From: Coprobacillaceae bacterium
Lineage (GTDB): Bacteria > Bacillota_I > Bacilli_A > Erysipelotrichales > Coprobacillaceae
Assembly: GCA_963675915.1 (NCBI GenBank)
Contig: OY780959.1
Location: forward strand, 300,001-332,000
Length of the DNA: 32,000 nt
Direction of reading: 5' to 3'
The stretch's first letter is position 1, and each line of letters starts with the position of its first letter. A program made the position numbers and the translations under genes. Below, one piece after another: positions 31,271 to 32,000 of the stretch. The notes under the pieces were generated by a model, which was not told the DNA's origin, searched no databases, and worked only from the letters and a program-made list of their open reading frames with translations.

Positions 31271-32000
31271 ATGGGATACCAAGATAAATTCAGAAAAGTG
31301 GTTCCTTATGTTGCCGGGGAGCAACCTAAGATTGCCAATATGATCAAATTGAATACCAATGAAAATCCGTACCCTCCTTGCAGTCAGGTGAGGGCGGTGT
31401 TGAATTCGTTCAACTATGAAAACCTGCTGCGCTATCCAAACAGCGACGGATACGAACTTCAACATGAACTTGCTAAGTATCTGAAAGTAGAAGATAACCA
31501 GATCTTCCTGGGGAACGGATCCGACGAAGTTCTCGCTTTGATCTTCCTGGGGCTGTTCAACGGTGAAGCGCCGGTACTGTTCCCGGATATCACTTATTCA
31601 TTCTATCCGGTATACTGCGATCTGTTTGAAATCAACCATGAAACCATCGCCCTTGACGAGGATTTCAAGATTCCTTTTGAAAAATTCCAGCAGGAAAACA
31701 GCGGAATCATTTTCCCGAATCCCAATGCACCGACCGGGATTTGCACCACTTTGGAAAACATTGAAAACGTGGTCAAGAACAATCCCGATTCAATCGTGGT
31801 GGTTGATGAAGCCTATATCGATTTTGGTGGGGAATCATGCATCGGTCTGATTGAAAAATATGAGAACCTGCTTGTTACCCAAACATTCTCGAAATCACGC
31901 TCATTGGCGGGAATCCGTCTGGGAGTGGCGATCGGAAGCGAACCGGTGATCCGTCAATTGTATGATATCAAGAACTCATTCAACTCATATCCAATCGATA
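31271..32000 (+). CDS. hisC: Histidinol-phosphate aminotransferase, N-terminal ~243 codons (runs off the window)
   Basis: Own translation from the ATG at 31271 gives 'MGYQDKFRKVVPYVAGEQPKIANMIKLNTNENPYPP...'. Near the window end it gives 'FSKSRSLAGIRLGVAIG' (PLP-Lys block). The ORF is absent from the track because no stop is reached. Confidence 0.85.
   Translation, partial: MGYQDKFRKVVPYVAGEQPKIANMIKLNTNENPYPPCSQVRAVLNSFNYENLLRYPNSDGYELQHELAKYLKVEDNQIFLGNGSDEVLALIFLGLFNGEAPVLFPDITYSFYPVYCDLFEINHETIALDEDFKIPFEKFQQENSGIIFPNPNAPTGICTTLENIENVVKNNPDSIVVVDEAYIDFGGESCIGLIEKYENLLVTQTFSKSRSLAGIRLGVAIGSEPVIRQLYDIKNSFNSYPID

Noticed and set aside
31563-31850. 95-aa plus-strand ORF and the 31151-31465 minus-strand ORF near the window end.
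   Set aside because: Both overlap hisC or the HAD gene in other frames. hisC (frame 2, from 31271) has clear family motifs, and these two do not.
1-32000. Alternative genetic code (UGA=Trp, Mollicutes-like), CRISPR arrays, IS elements, prophage or integrative-element borders.
   Set aside because: TGA terminates conserved genes (comFA, thiW, the Y-family polymerase and the repressor) and RF2 is present. No spaced direct-repeat arrays, transposase or integrase ORFs, tRNA genes or flanking long repeats were seen by eye.

Overview
This window reads as a chromosomal, mostly housekeeping segment of a low-GC Gram-positive or Mollicutes-related genome. The code is standard code 11: RF2 is present and TGA terminates several conserved genes. 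I support about 30 real CDS. In order they are: mfd (5' partial), ASCH, yigZ-like, degV, a ClC channel, comFC and comFA. Next come a Cof-type HAD, a TPP riboswitch with thiW-thiC, and a GNAT. Then an SOS-like cassette: a small ORF, a Y-family polymerase and a divergent XRE-HTH/S24 repressor. After that come O-acetylhomoserine sulfhydrylase, secA-prfB, a YitT-family protein, a small Zn-ribbon protein, and ftsE-ftsX plus a coupled small ORF. The minus-strand preQ1 operon queD-queE-folE-queC-queF sits behind a preQ1-I riboswitch. The window ends with asnB, gpmI, a thioredoxin-like lipoprotein, a Zn-ribbon membrane protein, a second Cof-type HAD and hisC (3' partial). I see no rRNA, tRNA, CRISPR array, transposase, integrase or recognisable defence island. 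Most long antisense ORFs in the track are shadows of the real genes. Nothing here is a clear new multi-gene system. The three leads I consider most worth a second look are all unproven:
1. The non-LexA repressor / Y-family polymerase / orphan small ORF cassette, with two repeat families in its control region.
2. A gene-free stretch of about 370 bp upstream of asnB. It fits none of the few riboswitch/leader consensus motifs I could compare from memory, and it carries two SD-preceded mini-ORFs that both end Asn-stop.
3. A small ORF start/stop-coupled to ftsX.
Smaller oddities are a SecA N-terminal extension, prfB without its frameshift, a lipoprotein gene that seems to need an ATT/ATA start, and a hairpin-bridged SD-to-ATG gap at queD.
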